NCBI RefSeq assembly: GCF_036321535.1
Contig: NC_087437.1
Location: 109,308,001 to 109,372,000 of the forward strand
Direction of reading: 5' to 3'
Origin: Camelus dromedarius
Lineage: Eukaryota
Length of the DNA stretch: 64,000 nucleotides
The notes below the pieces were generated by a model, which was given only the letters and a program-made list of their open reading frames with translations, ran no database searches and was not told where the DNA came from. The position numbers and the translations under genes were made by a program. Position 1 is the stretch's first letter; each line of letters opens with the position of its first letter. Shown one piece after another: positions 26,303-37,930 of the stretch.

Positions 26303-28662
26303 CTGCGCAGTATTAAAAATGATAAAAGTAGAAAGAGTTAACATTTTCAGTGCTCTTTACGCAAAAGAGAACTAATAATGGTAGAAGCAACAAATAGATT
26401 GAAACAGAAATGGCAGCCACCATCACATACGGTCTCTATAAAAGAACATTTTCCATTGTTTTCATTTGCATGCTGCCTGACAAATTCTAAGGCAGTGATC
26501 AGTTTCCATTTTCATCCTTTTTTTGCAATACTGTTAGAGTTTGTATAAACCAAGAACAGGAATTTAGCTGCCAATAATTAGTATGCCCTTGAGCACAGTA
26601 CGTGACATTCTGAGAAGCCAGAGAATTCTGTGTCTAGGGGAGTTGGGAGGGATTTTTGTGTCCATTTGGTTCATTGCCATTATTTTCTAGATGAGGAAAC
26701 TGGGATTCTGAGTGGTGATGTGACTGTCGTGAGAATGATTCACTTATCAGTGGCAATACAACCTTTCTCCATCATATCTTGCTGCCCCAGGCTGCTTTGA
26801 GTCTTGCAAAGACTTTGGAACTTGCATATTCATTTGACGGGAAGATCACTCTCAGAAGAAAAGAAAAAAACCACTCCCTGGCTCACTGAAAATAACTCAT
26901 GTCCCATACAATGAGGGCATGAAGAATGCTCACTGGACATAAGCTCAGAGTAAGAACCTCACGGTTCTCAGAGAATAAACTGCAGCCTATAGTTGTGTGG
27001 ACATGAGTATCTTAAAAGTAGAATTTGTCCCCTTCTAGAAAATATTGCAGGAGGGAAAATACAAAAACCTTTAACCCACTGCAGTGTTTCCCATTACAAA
27101 TGAGGCTGAGTATAAACCAGAAATTTATGTTGGCTCACATTTAAAATAGATGTATGTGATAATTTCAACTTTTCTCCTATAAAGAAAGGTTAGATTCTAA
27201 AAGATGTTATTAAACATTTCTCACATTTAAGAATAAATCAAACTTTCAAAATAGCATTTCACTGGAGATAAAAGAAAAAAAAAACTTCGGTAAAAATTTC
27301 CTAACAATGTAAATGCTTTATGCAAGTACAATACGAGACATCATCAGTACACCATCAGTAATGACAGTGGTTGCTAAAGAGAAGTAGCTTCGGAAACACT
27401 CCATGATTTGACTGTGCAGAAGATGCATACACGTTTATTCTTTCGAATAACTCTTTCCTACATCACTACTTCTTCCCAAGATAATTTTGGATTAGACTGT
27501 AGAACTAAAAGAGCGTAGCTTTTAATTCCTGGCTCATATAAGAAAAAGTACAGTGCCTTTTAAAGAGTTATATTTTTTCCTCGCACTAAGTAACTATTTT
27601 TTTTCTTCTTTAAGTTTTATTAATAGTCATGAGCAAAAATGGGAAGAATATAAAAGCAAAGCATGGCAGAATGCAGATAAAACCAAAGGAAATTGCTTAA
27701 AGAATCAAATTAAAGAATAAGACCCAAGAAAGAATGATTCCTTTAAAACACACAGTGAATAGAAGGAAAATAACTCAAGCTGCAGGGGTTCAGACAGAAA
27801 CTTACAGGAGGTAAAGTGAATCGTTTATGAATTCAACAGCACATAAATACAATGTGCTAAAATGAACATGTCAAACATGTTCAAAATTAGCTTGACCCCC
27901 AAATTGAGGTTTCTATGTAATACAGAATGAGGAAAGTTCAAGGTCCAGTTTTCAACATCTCCTTGTTTCAGAAAATGAAGAAAGAAAGGGTATGAGGGCA
28001 ACTGGTTTGTCCTTCCATTGAAGACTAGCCTTCTTAGGTTTCATTGTTCATACTCTTTCTCAAATTTCAACAAACCCCAGATCTTAAGGGTGTGTACACC
28101 AGGAGGTGAGAGAAAGCTTTGAGGCAGATGGCCATGTCACTTTGAGGAAGATCTACGTGTTCATGGTGATGGGGAAGGACCATATTTGTGAGCAGAGCGA
28201 GACACTTCCCAGTTGCCAGGGTTTCCCTCGACTGTTCTGACAGAGGACCTGAGCAGGATGTCAATGAGGGGACCACAGAAGCTGTAGTTCAGGAACTTCT
28301 GCCCTGCCCTGCATCTTTCCTCCAAGCTCAGGAACAGTGATGATTCTGACAACTGCCCCAAAGCATTTGTCTCATGATGTCCTCTGCAGCTTTTCATGTT
28401 CTCAGGGATTCTTGAGTCAGGAATGGAATTTACTGCTTCTAGAAGTATGTGTATAATACATGCCTGGTCCTTGTTTCAAATTCTGTGATTTTCCTACTTC
28501 ACCAGCCTGCTTTGTGAGTTTTACTTGGTAACATGGTACTTTTACTGAATCTCCCCAATCTGGGCAGATTTTAGTCAACACAGTTTTACAGATTATAAAT
28601 GGAGGTTGGTTCTGTGTTTCCTTCTCGTATGAGAGTGGAGTATGTGTGTTGGGAGGGGTGCA

Positions 28663-28674
28663 GTGTGTGTGTGC

Positions 28675-28711
<37 letters not shown>
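28663..28711. repeat. (TG)n microsatellite with two CG interruptions
   Basis: Direct reading. Confidence 0.95.
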
Positions 28712-28712
<1 letters not shown>

Positions 28713-29114
28713 TTGAGAGCTATCACATCATTTTGATGTGTTAAATGCCTAAATTGTTCTCCCTTGATCTGATAATCTCTCAAAATTTAAGGTATTATAG
28801 TTTCAAATTTCTCAGGCTTAGAGCCATGATTTTTCTTATGAAGAAGAAAGTTAAATGTACAAAGCATCTCCCAAGCTCCTCTCCTTGGTGGTCTTCAAAA
28901 CATCTGACAGGTGACCCCTGGCTAGCCCAGCTGTCTACTGGATACAGACAGGGAAATCACATCAGATCAAAGAGCGCCAAGATATACTTTGGTGTGCCCT
29001 CTAACATATATAGAGGATGTATATAATTCTTCTTTATTAATAGTTTGTACTTTGGCAGTTTGTATTTAATGGAAGTTTTAATTCCTTTCTGGATGCACAT
29101 ATATTGATGCTAGT

Positions 29115-29155
29115 GAGGAAGGAAAGAAGGAAGGAAGGAAGGAAGGAAGGAAGGA

Positions 29156-29233
<78 letters not shown>

Positions 29234-29396
29234 AAGAGAGAAAGAAGAGATAGAAAAAAGAGAAAGAAAGAAAGAAAAGGAAGAAAGAAAGAAAAGGAAG
29301 GAAGGAAGAAAAGGAAGGAAGGAAGGAAGGGAAAGGAAGGAAGGAAGGAAGAAAAAGAAAGGAAGGAAGAAAGAAAGGAAGAAAGGGAAGGAAAGA
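29115..29396. repeat. Compound (GGAA)n(GAAA)n(GA)n polypurine tract, about 280 bp
   Basis: Only A and G apart from one T at 29251. Confidence 0.97.
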
Positions 29397-29543
29397 TCTG
29401 CTATTAAGCATTTCTGGATTTAGAGGATTCTTAGGAAAGTAGAGCAGATCTCCATGACAATAGCTTTGACACTGGCGGGCTGACTTTGAAATAATTGAAG
29501 ATTTCTTTATAGTGTGGAATACATTTCAACAGGAAATGCTTAC

Positions 29544-29597
29544 CAGGGTTGTGAAAAAGTAGTGATAGTACTCAGTCATCATGCCCATGAACAGGAT
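29544..29597 (-). CDS. GRIK1: GRIK1 exon 5 (54 bp): ILFMGMMTEYYHYFFTTL
   Basis: Read manually, not in the ORF track: TTTCACAG|ATC CTG TTC ATG GGC ATG ATG ACT GAG TAC TAT CAC TAC TTT TTC ACA ACC CTG|GTAAGC; phase 0/0; fills the gap between exons 4 and 6. Confidence 0.97.
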
Positions 29598-30554
29598 CTG
29601 TGAAAGACAGACAAAGGAAAAGAGTCAGAAACAGAATTATAATAAGAAATAGACAGTTAATAGTTCACTGCAATAGGGATATAGAAAAGGAAGGGGCTTT
29701 GGAAATTCATAGACTCAGTAGATCAGAAATCTGAGACAAGTCTGTGATTGATGTGGAGCTAGGTCCCAGGCCACTAACCTCCATCCAATGCTCTTTCATT
29801 ATGCTATGTTTGACCTTCATGGAAGTCTGATGTTCAAATTTAAAAAAATTAAAAATGCTCAACCAATTTTATATCTGGAATTATCCATAACAGTACAGAG
29901 TTCTGCCTTCCCTCTGCCTAGGCTTCTGAGTAATCCCATGCTTAGATATATATATTATTGATCTCCTTAACACCTCAGAGTACTTAACACCTCAGAGTAA
30001 AACTCATTAGATGTTGAACTGGCAATACTGATATGTAGATATATTTAAATGAGGGTTTATAAATATGTATATCTCTTAAACCCTTCTCTCTACCCTCTTC
30101 CCATTTTATCCCATAGAATGAGTGGAGAAAAAGAGGATTGCCTACAGATAGAAGGCTGGGGACTATTTTTATACATACTCATCTGCCTCTTAATTCTGAT
30201 TCGGTTACCTAATTGGGATCTTGATAGTTTCAAACATTGTGCAGATTGTTTTTATTTGGTTGGAAAGGGCAAAAAGGACGTAGACAGAAAGGACGTGTGT
30301 TCTGGGTAGAAGCAGTTTCTTAAACTGTGATCTTACTTTTGGATTCCTGGAAATGGTGTTCATTGAGAAGAAACAGTGGCAAACGTTTTGTAGATAAGAT
30401 ATTATCATTAATTTTTTTAAATCAAGAGTATCACCTTCCTTGAGGCAGGTCACCAAAGGAGTACTTGGGTCCTGATTTTTTTTTTTTTTTTTTTTTTGGT
30501 ATTTGCATAGAAGTGAATGGAGAAGACTCAGAAATCAAATTTTCAAGACAGTTT

Positions 30555-30715
30555 TCCCCCTAACTCTGACAAATTCTGGATGCAAATGAGAATCCCCTCT
30601 GGAAGTTTTAAAATCAGATATTCTGGACTCCATCCCAGAGGTATCCTGAATTAGAATTTCTGAGAGTGGAGTCTGGGTTTCTGTATTTCACAGCAATGGA
30701 TGAGAAACACTGCTC
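30555..30715. mobile_element. MER5-like hAT DNA transposon (similar copies at about 1750-1875 and 36590-36760)
   Basis: gaatcccctctggaagttttaaaatcagatattctggactccatcccagag...tgagaaacactgct. Confidence 0.65.
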
Positions 30716-31442
30716 TGTGGAAAACATGTCCATTTGCATTAAGGAACAAGGACTTTTGTAACTTCGGTTCAAGAGATTAATTGAAAACATCTTTGGAAAA
30801 GCAACACAAGTTATCAGAGGTTTTATAAGGTGCTTAAGATATGTAAACTAGCATGATCTTACATGAAAGGGGATAAAAAATGAGAGGGTATTCAGAGATG
30901 GCATGTAACATGCATGAGCATGGATCTGACGCTTCTTCTGGCCTCTCTCCTAATATGGAAACCAGAGGAATATTCAGCAAAATTCTAATGTCAGGAAGGT
31001 AAGACAAATGACAGGAAGGTCCCTCCGTGAATCATAAGGTCCCAGCGTGTAAGTCGCTTCTATGGTGATAACAAGACCAGACACACAAAAGGATTTTTAA
31101 AAGGGTAGAACTGCTTCAGGGCCATCAACAACATTTAAAGTCAGGCATGGTGGGGTCTTGTTAGAGGGTCTCTTAAATCACTGGAGCACAAAAAGGTAAC
31201 CTGCTGGGGCCAGTCAGGAATTCAATTTTTCACTTTGTTCATTAATGTAATTGCAGCCAAGACTACCGCTTGAAAAGGAACTGGGCAAGTTTTATGTCAA
31301 GATATAGGCTTGGACACTGAGGTTTCAAATACTGTTTCTGAACCTGAAAAAACACAAAGTCATCTGAATTTTCAGCTTTTCAAATGGGTTGGTTTTTCTT
31401 TTTAAATTTTATTATTTGGTCACCAAATAAGGGCATGGGCTC

Positions 31443-31477
31443 TTTTTTTAATTGAAGTGCAGTCAATTACAATGTGT
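31443..31477 (-). mobile_element. Ultra-short L1 3' tail insertion
   Basis: Reverse complement ACACATTGTAATTGACTGCACTTCAATTAAAAAAA resembles the L1 end at 4557-4591. Flanked by ggcatgggctctttt / ggcataggccttttt. Confidence 0.7.
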
Positions 31478-33209
31478 GGCATAGGCCTTTTTAAAAGCAA
31501 CTTTCAACTAATTTTTTTTTTTTTAATTCTTGGAAGCAGATATTCATTTGCTATGTCTCTTATTTATGTTAGAAAAGAGTTATGTAGATGCAGGGAATAA
31601 ACAGCTAATGGACTTGCTTTAATTGTAGAAAGAATCCTTGGGTCCTCTAGGTACACTTTTTACGTGATACACTAGAAAAATTCCCATTCTTGACTGTCCT
31701 ACCGAGTGCTTGGGTCAGTGTCTGATGGTTCTTCCCTTGAATTTCTGAGAAATGGACATTAAGAAACAAGTATAGCCATGGATTGTTGAGCTGTCAACTT
31801 TGTGGACTGTCTAGGGCACAGGTGAGTGAGAAGCTTTCAGATAGGAATAAAGCCAACAGTACCAAAGGTGGTGCTTTTTAAACTACTGTCCCCATAATGG
31901 TTTCTAGACTGGTTGGGACTGGCTACTCTCTTGTCTAATAGCCGTACACTTTATAGCATTCACACAACGATTTTCTCTCTGCATGTTGGTATTTCAACTA
32001 AAAGTCATTAAGAGATTACAAAAATGTCACATCAAGATAAATGTCAGGTTTTCAAATAAAAAGTGTAATCATGATGGGGCTTTTAAAATGGTTCTTTGCA
32101 AAACTGACTTTTTCCTAACCAACACTACCGTCTTTGAATTTTGTGTCTGTACTTTGATGGGTTGACCAGGAGGTGCTGGCCTAGGCAGTGTACACTTTAC
32201 CAAAACACGATTGCTCAGGGTTAGTTTTGTCTCTATTTAAATCATTTTTAATGGTGCAAAACACATCACATCGTACACACGAATTATGAATGTGACTGTC
32301 AATACTATTTGTATTAATGGCATATTCTCCTTAATTCCTTCCACTAATATGTTCTTTTAATAATGGTTGTCCCCTAAAGGAATTATTCTTACTAAAAAAC
32401 CCTTAGAAATCATATAATTCAGTTAGATTGATAGACCATTAATATCTAGCCTTTTCAGTAACATTTTGTATCTGTAAGAGGGACGTATTGAGTACTATCA
32501 GTCTTCTTGATTTTGGAAGACCCATTGTATGAACACCATTAGGGTCACTGCCAGTTTCGCAACTTGAAGGGCACATGATTCAATTGCATTTCTTGGTTTC
32601 TTGGTCTTGGGTGTGGGGAAGGGGCTGATTTTGGCCAAGGAAGTGGGAAAGATACTGACATGTGTCACCCTCAAGAGGTCTCACTCACCTTGACAGGTGA
32701 CTGGCATGGTTATCAGTGCCAGACAAATTTTTTTTTTTCCTGAATAAATACACTTTTCTTTTTTCATGAATACTGAAAGTTATGTAAGTTCCCTTGTTTA
32801 TGCCTTTGTTTTGATTGCTAGGGACTTTAGGGTCAAAACTGTGGCTCTTCCATGAGCAACTAGTCAGGAACATAGGTAAGTATTTTATATGCTAACGTCA
32901 TTCAGCTTTATGTTTTTTAATCTAATTTTCCCCTTGGTATCAAATCTTCTCCTTAAAAAAAATTTATAACTTTATTCCAAACATATTTTTCTAGGATGCT
33001 TTAATGCTTTGTATAATAAAGATCTAAATAAATAATCATGGTTGGGAGAACTGAGTAATTTTTTCTCACAAAGAGAAATGAACTATTCAGATCTGATGTA
33101 GCTGGATTGGGTCAGAGTAACAAAAAAGGCCTCTAACAAAACACCATTCCTGATTAATCATACTCTATGTCCTGCAGAATCAATCATTAGGACTCAAAAG
33201 TTCTCATAG

Positions 33210-33663
33210 ATGGGAATGGTTAATTTTGCGTGTCAACCTGACTGGACCAAGGAGTGCCCAGACTGAACATTACTGGAGGGTGTTTCCAGATGAGATAAGC
33301 TTTTGAGAAAGCAGATGACCCTCCTCAATGGGGTGAGTATCATCCCATCCACTTAGGGCCTGAATAGAACAAAAAGGCAGAGGAAGAAGGAATTCACCCC
33401 TTTTGCTTCCTGCCTGCCTGCCTGAGCTGGGACATTGCTTTCTCCTGCCCTTAAATTGAGACTTTTCACCATTGACTCTTCTGGTTTTCAGCCCCACAGT
33501 TTCAGACTATAATTACACCACACTTTCCTGGGTCTTTGGGCTTGCAGATGGCTGGTTGTGGGCCTTTTCAGTCTCCATAGTCATATGAACCAATTCCTCA
33601 TGATAAATCTCTTCGTATGTATTTCCTATGGTTCTATTTCTCTGGAGAACTCTGGCTAGCACA
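33210..33663 (+). mobile_element. Solo LTR, MLT2-like (ERVL)
   Basis: tggttaattttgcgtgtcaacctgactgg...gggtgtttccagatgagat...ttctctggagaactctggctagcaca; TG...CA ends. Confidence 0.85.
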
Positions 33664-35100
33664 GAGAAAAATCAAAATACTAGACATCCTGCATACTCTG
33701 CATCTTTATGACATCCCATTCTGTTTAGATCACATAGTCCTTAAACCAGTGAGGGGAAGGGTGGCTGATACCCACAGGAAGGCTATCTCTGTATTTTATG
33801 GTTGTAGAAATGCCACAAGACTATCCTATTGTTTCAGTGGCTGGAAAATAATTACTATTTTCTTTCTTTTGTAGTTAAAATGAATCATCAGAGAGCAGAA
33901 TAAAACTCACTGAGAGGACAGTTCTAATGATCCCACTGGTATGAAGATACTCTGCAACACAGTTGTTAATGATGATGGCCCTGCTTTGGACCAGCTGCTC
34001 TCTGGGGTTCTTACAACAGAACTGTCATGGCCTTGTTCCCAATAGCAGTGACACTTCTTGCTCTAGCCCTGTCATTCTGGGCAAAGACGACCTCTTGGAT
34101 GTAGATGAGTAAAGTTATCCCATACAGCCTGAGCATCACAAAGATTGTATTATAGTTTGTTTTGAATATACTCAAGTCTAGATGAGGATAATTTGTGGAG
34201 TCTAATTCCTGTGGTTGGTGACACAGTTGGTGCCTAAGACACCTGGAAAATCTCTGGGTAATAGTCTTCCAATAACATGTCCTGGTATCTAAAGGAGCCT
34301 ACATCACATTTCAACCCAATCATTTTCCAGAAGGCAATGCGCTGCTGTGACGACAGCAACAAAAAGTCCTCCACAAACCCACAGCCTGTATTGCTAAGAT
34401 CAATTCATATGTCACAAATAATTGGCATAATGCTGCTATCATAGTAGCAGAAACTTAAAACGGAACCTGGAGTGTGCCTAGGCAATTCTGAGGTATTCTT
34501 GTAATATTTATAAGGGTTTTTATTACTGCTTCTTTCCACTGAAAAATAGGTGTCTTAGAAGTTTACACTGACTATTCTGAAATGTATTGCTCCTTTTATA
34601 GCCTTCTTAATATCAGGATAAATTCTAAACCATCAGACAGGGTTTCTAGTCAATATTTCTAGTGGACAACTTCCAAATGTGAGACATACAATGGGATTAA
34701 CTAATGGTTTCACTGCAAGTTAGAAATACGTTACTTCAGCATAAGAATGACCTTCAGGAAACCAGTTGAATAATATCAAGTCTCAGAGAAGCAATTTTAA
34801 GAAGAAGGTTCGAACTCTAGGGTGCAGCTCCTCCTCAGCTGCCAACTGTGGTACTTAAGGCTGCGTTTACGCTATCCTCTGAGCCAAATGCTCTTTTGGC
34901 AACACAATTTTTAATGCTGGTCTTCAGTAGAACATCTAGGTATAAGCAGCCCTTTAGATCAGCCTTTATTGGTGCAAAAAAAGGCTCACATGAAACACTG
35001 AATGATTATAACCTGTATCTACAAAGGTAACAGTGGAATGTATAGAAAAATAGCATTGGTTCCTGTAAAATCATAACATAGAAAACTACCCATCTCCTTA

Positions 35101-35560
35101 TGGAGTAGGCTGAATATTGGTCCCCTAAAAATGTCCACATCCTTATTTTAAGAATATGTTAGTATGTTACTTTACATGACAAAAGGAACTTTGCAGATGT
35201 GATAAAGTTAAGAATCTTAATTTACTGGGCGATTATTCTGGATTATCCTGGTGGGCCCAATGTTATCACAAGGGTCTTTGTAAGATGGAAGCAGAAGGGT
35301 CCAAGGCAGAGAGGTGATGTGAAGATGGAAACAGGGGGGAAAAAATTCAGTGTGATGTGGGACCACAAGTTGAAGAACGATGACAGCCTTTAGAAGCTGA
35401 ACAAGGCAAGGAATTAGATTCTTCCTGAAGCCTTCAGAAGGACTATAGCCCTGTCAACACCTTGACTTTAGGCTGCTGAACTGTAAGAGAATAAATTTGT
35501 ATTGTTTTAAGCCACTACATTTGTGATGATTCATTGCAACAGCAATAGGAAACCAACAGA
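35101..35560 (+). mobile_element. Solo LTR, MLT1-like (ERVL-MaLR)
   Basis: ggctgaatattggtcccctaaaaatgtccacatcc...ggattatcctggtgggcccaatg...gagaataaatttgtattgttttaagccact...gcagcaatagga-like end. Confidence 0.85.
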
Positions 35561-37519
35561 TCTCATTTGCTCATCGTTCTCTGATTATGGTCTATGAGGT
35601 TGCACAGTTTTGGTGTATTGATACCAAGTGCATTTATCAAGAGGAGAAATGGCTTGTTTAAAGTTGAAAACTTTCTCAGTTTCTCTGTGCCCCTCCATTC
35701 ATATACACACAGTAACCACATGCCTGCACACAGACACAAGCTACCCACAAAGAGAGTCTCGGGTTTTCCTTCCACTGGAAGGTGGTGCTATGCCATTTGC
35801 AAACCCAGGCCACAGTCCTCCTGCCTCCCAGTGAAATCAGAAAAAGCAAAGGATATTCCACAAAGTGTTGGTGAATTGAACAGCTGTACTATTTGGGAGT
35901 ATCTTTCAGTCTGAATTTCTTTGTAAGCTTCTCTCTCCAGACAAATGATCAGAAGGAGAAGGGAAGCTGACCCTAACAGATATTAATAAGTGGAGTGGAG
36001 ACCAATGGGGTTTGGTTTAGCTTCAGAAGATAATCTAACTAGAAGAGCCACCTGGCATCACTCAGGTGCACAACAGAAGAGATTATGCTATTTAAAGAGA
36101 ACAGACTGCTGACCACAGAGCAGAAAACAAGACTTCCCTTGGCAGAACAAAGCAGGCAACCTGGCAAATGGGAGTGAGCAGAGCTTTGGAAGATTACATG
36201 AACATAAACAATAGACTCTCTGCAACATCCAGGGCAAACTGGTGGAAAGGTGAGGTATCGGAAAGACTACGGTGGAAGAAAAGTTTTCACAGCAGAGAAC
36301 TGAACAAATCCAGAAGCTGGAGAGTTAACAGAGAGTATGTTGCCTGCACTGTAATCTTTTTGCAATAAGCTTCTTTCATACTGGTGGTAATAAAAACGAC
36401 ACCTGAAATTTGCATGAAGATATACTTCTGAGGAAGAGACAGTCATGCAGCCATTAAACGGTGGTCTTGCTTGTCTCATGATGTATCTGTAGTACCCTGA
36501 AGTCATCCGCAGATTTTTTGGCGTTTTGAATGACTGTTTTGCCAATTTATCTAATAACTGCCAGGCTTAGAAAGCAATTATTTATGTCATTGTTTCTCAG
36601 TGAGTTAGCGTCTCCAAAGAACTTTTTAAAAATACTGATGCCTGTATCCCACCCCTAAACACGCTGATTTATTTGGTCTGGTGTATGTTCTAGGCATTGG
36701 TATCTGTGCTGTCAATACTCTCCAGGTGATATATACAGCCGGAGCTGAGAACCACTGATTTATATTAACCAAGCTCATATTTTTAAGTCATAAGAATAAT
36801 GATCACAGTTACTGGTTGCTGAGTGCTACAACCTGGCCACTGCTGCCATAGGTTCTTTATCTACTGCTGGGGAAGAAGTGTTATCCTCAATGTATGGATC
36901 TGAAAGAGAGTATAATTATAGTATACATACTCAGGTTTATTCAGGTTTGATTTCAATCCTGGGCTCTTTGTGCTGCTTGTTTATTCATTGATAATAGGTA
37001 TAAGTCAGTACTTTGCACGAAGTCCTTCTGGACTTCAAGAATCCAAATAAAAACATATGAGAGCAAAGTTAGAAGGACGGGAGCTGGAGCGTTATTTTGA
37101 GGAATGGATCCATCAAGCCAAGAGAGCTTGGTAAGTTGCCTCTCTATTTTGAAGGGAGCCTCTTGTCCAGAGAGCTGGGCCCCACTGTCCAAGGCTTTGC
37201 CGTGGGTGGTGCTGCAGGTACCGTGAGAGGAGCCTCACTCACTTTTCCCACTTCTGTCCAGAATTCAGACCTACACAGCTCATCTGTTACAGTATCTCTT
37301 TAGATATTTGAATTAATTAGATCTTAATTTTAAATCTCTTTAGTGATGTTTGGGAAGAACTTTAATCTCTTTAATGGAATCAGCTTTCATCAAGAAAGGA
37401 TCATTTGTAAAAAGAATTATAACAAGTTTTTGTTGTTGTTACAATTGTGTAATAGACATAATAACAGATTTTTTTGTAGAGTTGATGTTACAGTGGTAGT
37501 GGGCACAAGGTGTGGAGGG

Positions 37520-37930
37520 CACTGCATGGCACGCTAAACAATGTACCCTTTATACTTAAGGCAATAACGGAGGGGGGCACTCGGAACTTTCACACATGAG
37601 AGGGATAAAGTCAGATTTTTTATTTAGAATGAACACTGTATGAGGCTACATGGAGGCTGGATGGAGAAAAGGAGGGAGAGGGGACTTGTGGCAGGGAGAT
37701 CATTTCGTTCTAGTGCAGGAGGAAAATGATGAGAGAGGTGGAGAAAAGGAGGTAGAATCTGAAACATATTTAGAGGGCAGAGTCTACGACATTCAGTAAC
37801 TAGTAGGAAAGGTGAAGGGGAGTCAAGGGGATTCCCTAGGTTTCTGGCTTGAGTAACTGAATGGTGTTTCTAGTTATCAAGACAGGGAGAGGAGGAGAAA
37901 CTGGCTCGCTGGAGGAAGGATGAGGAGGAA
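37520..37930 (-). mobile_element. L2 fragment
   Basis: aaggggagtcaaggggattccctaggtttctggcttgagtaactgaatgg. Confidence 0.65.

Noticed and set aside
29037..29411. F/L/S/P-rich ORF, and the similar ORFs at 9164-9503 and 24115-25048
   Set aside because: Translations of microsatellites.
32689..32739. Another 51-nt minus-strand pseudo-exon with a strong donor (AAG|GTGAGT) and an in-frame stop
   Set aside because: The acceptor lacks a polypyrimidine tract (purine-rich upstream) and the length depends on an A homopolymer. It shows such patterns arise by chance.
33900..34360. Stretch that briefly resembled a claudin-like pseudogene (SLIPVVG...GNALL)
   Set aside because: The plus-strand frames I translated lack the W-GLW-C-C signature and stop frequently; no support.
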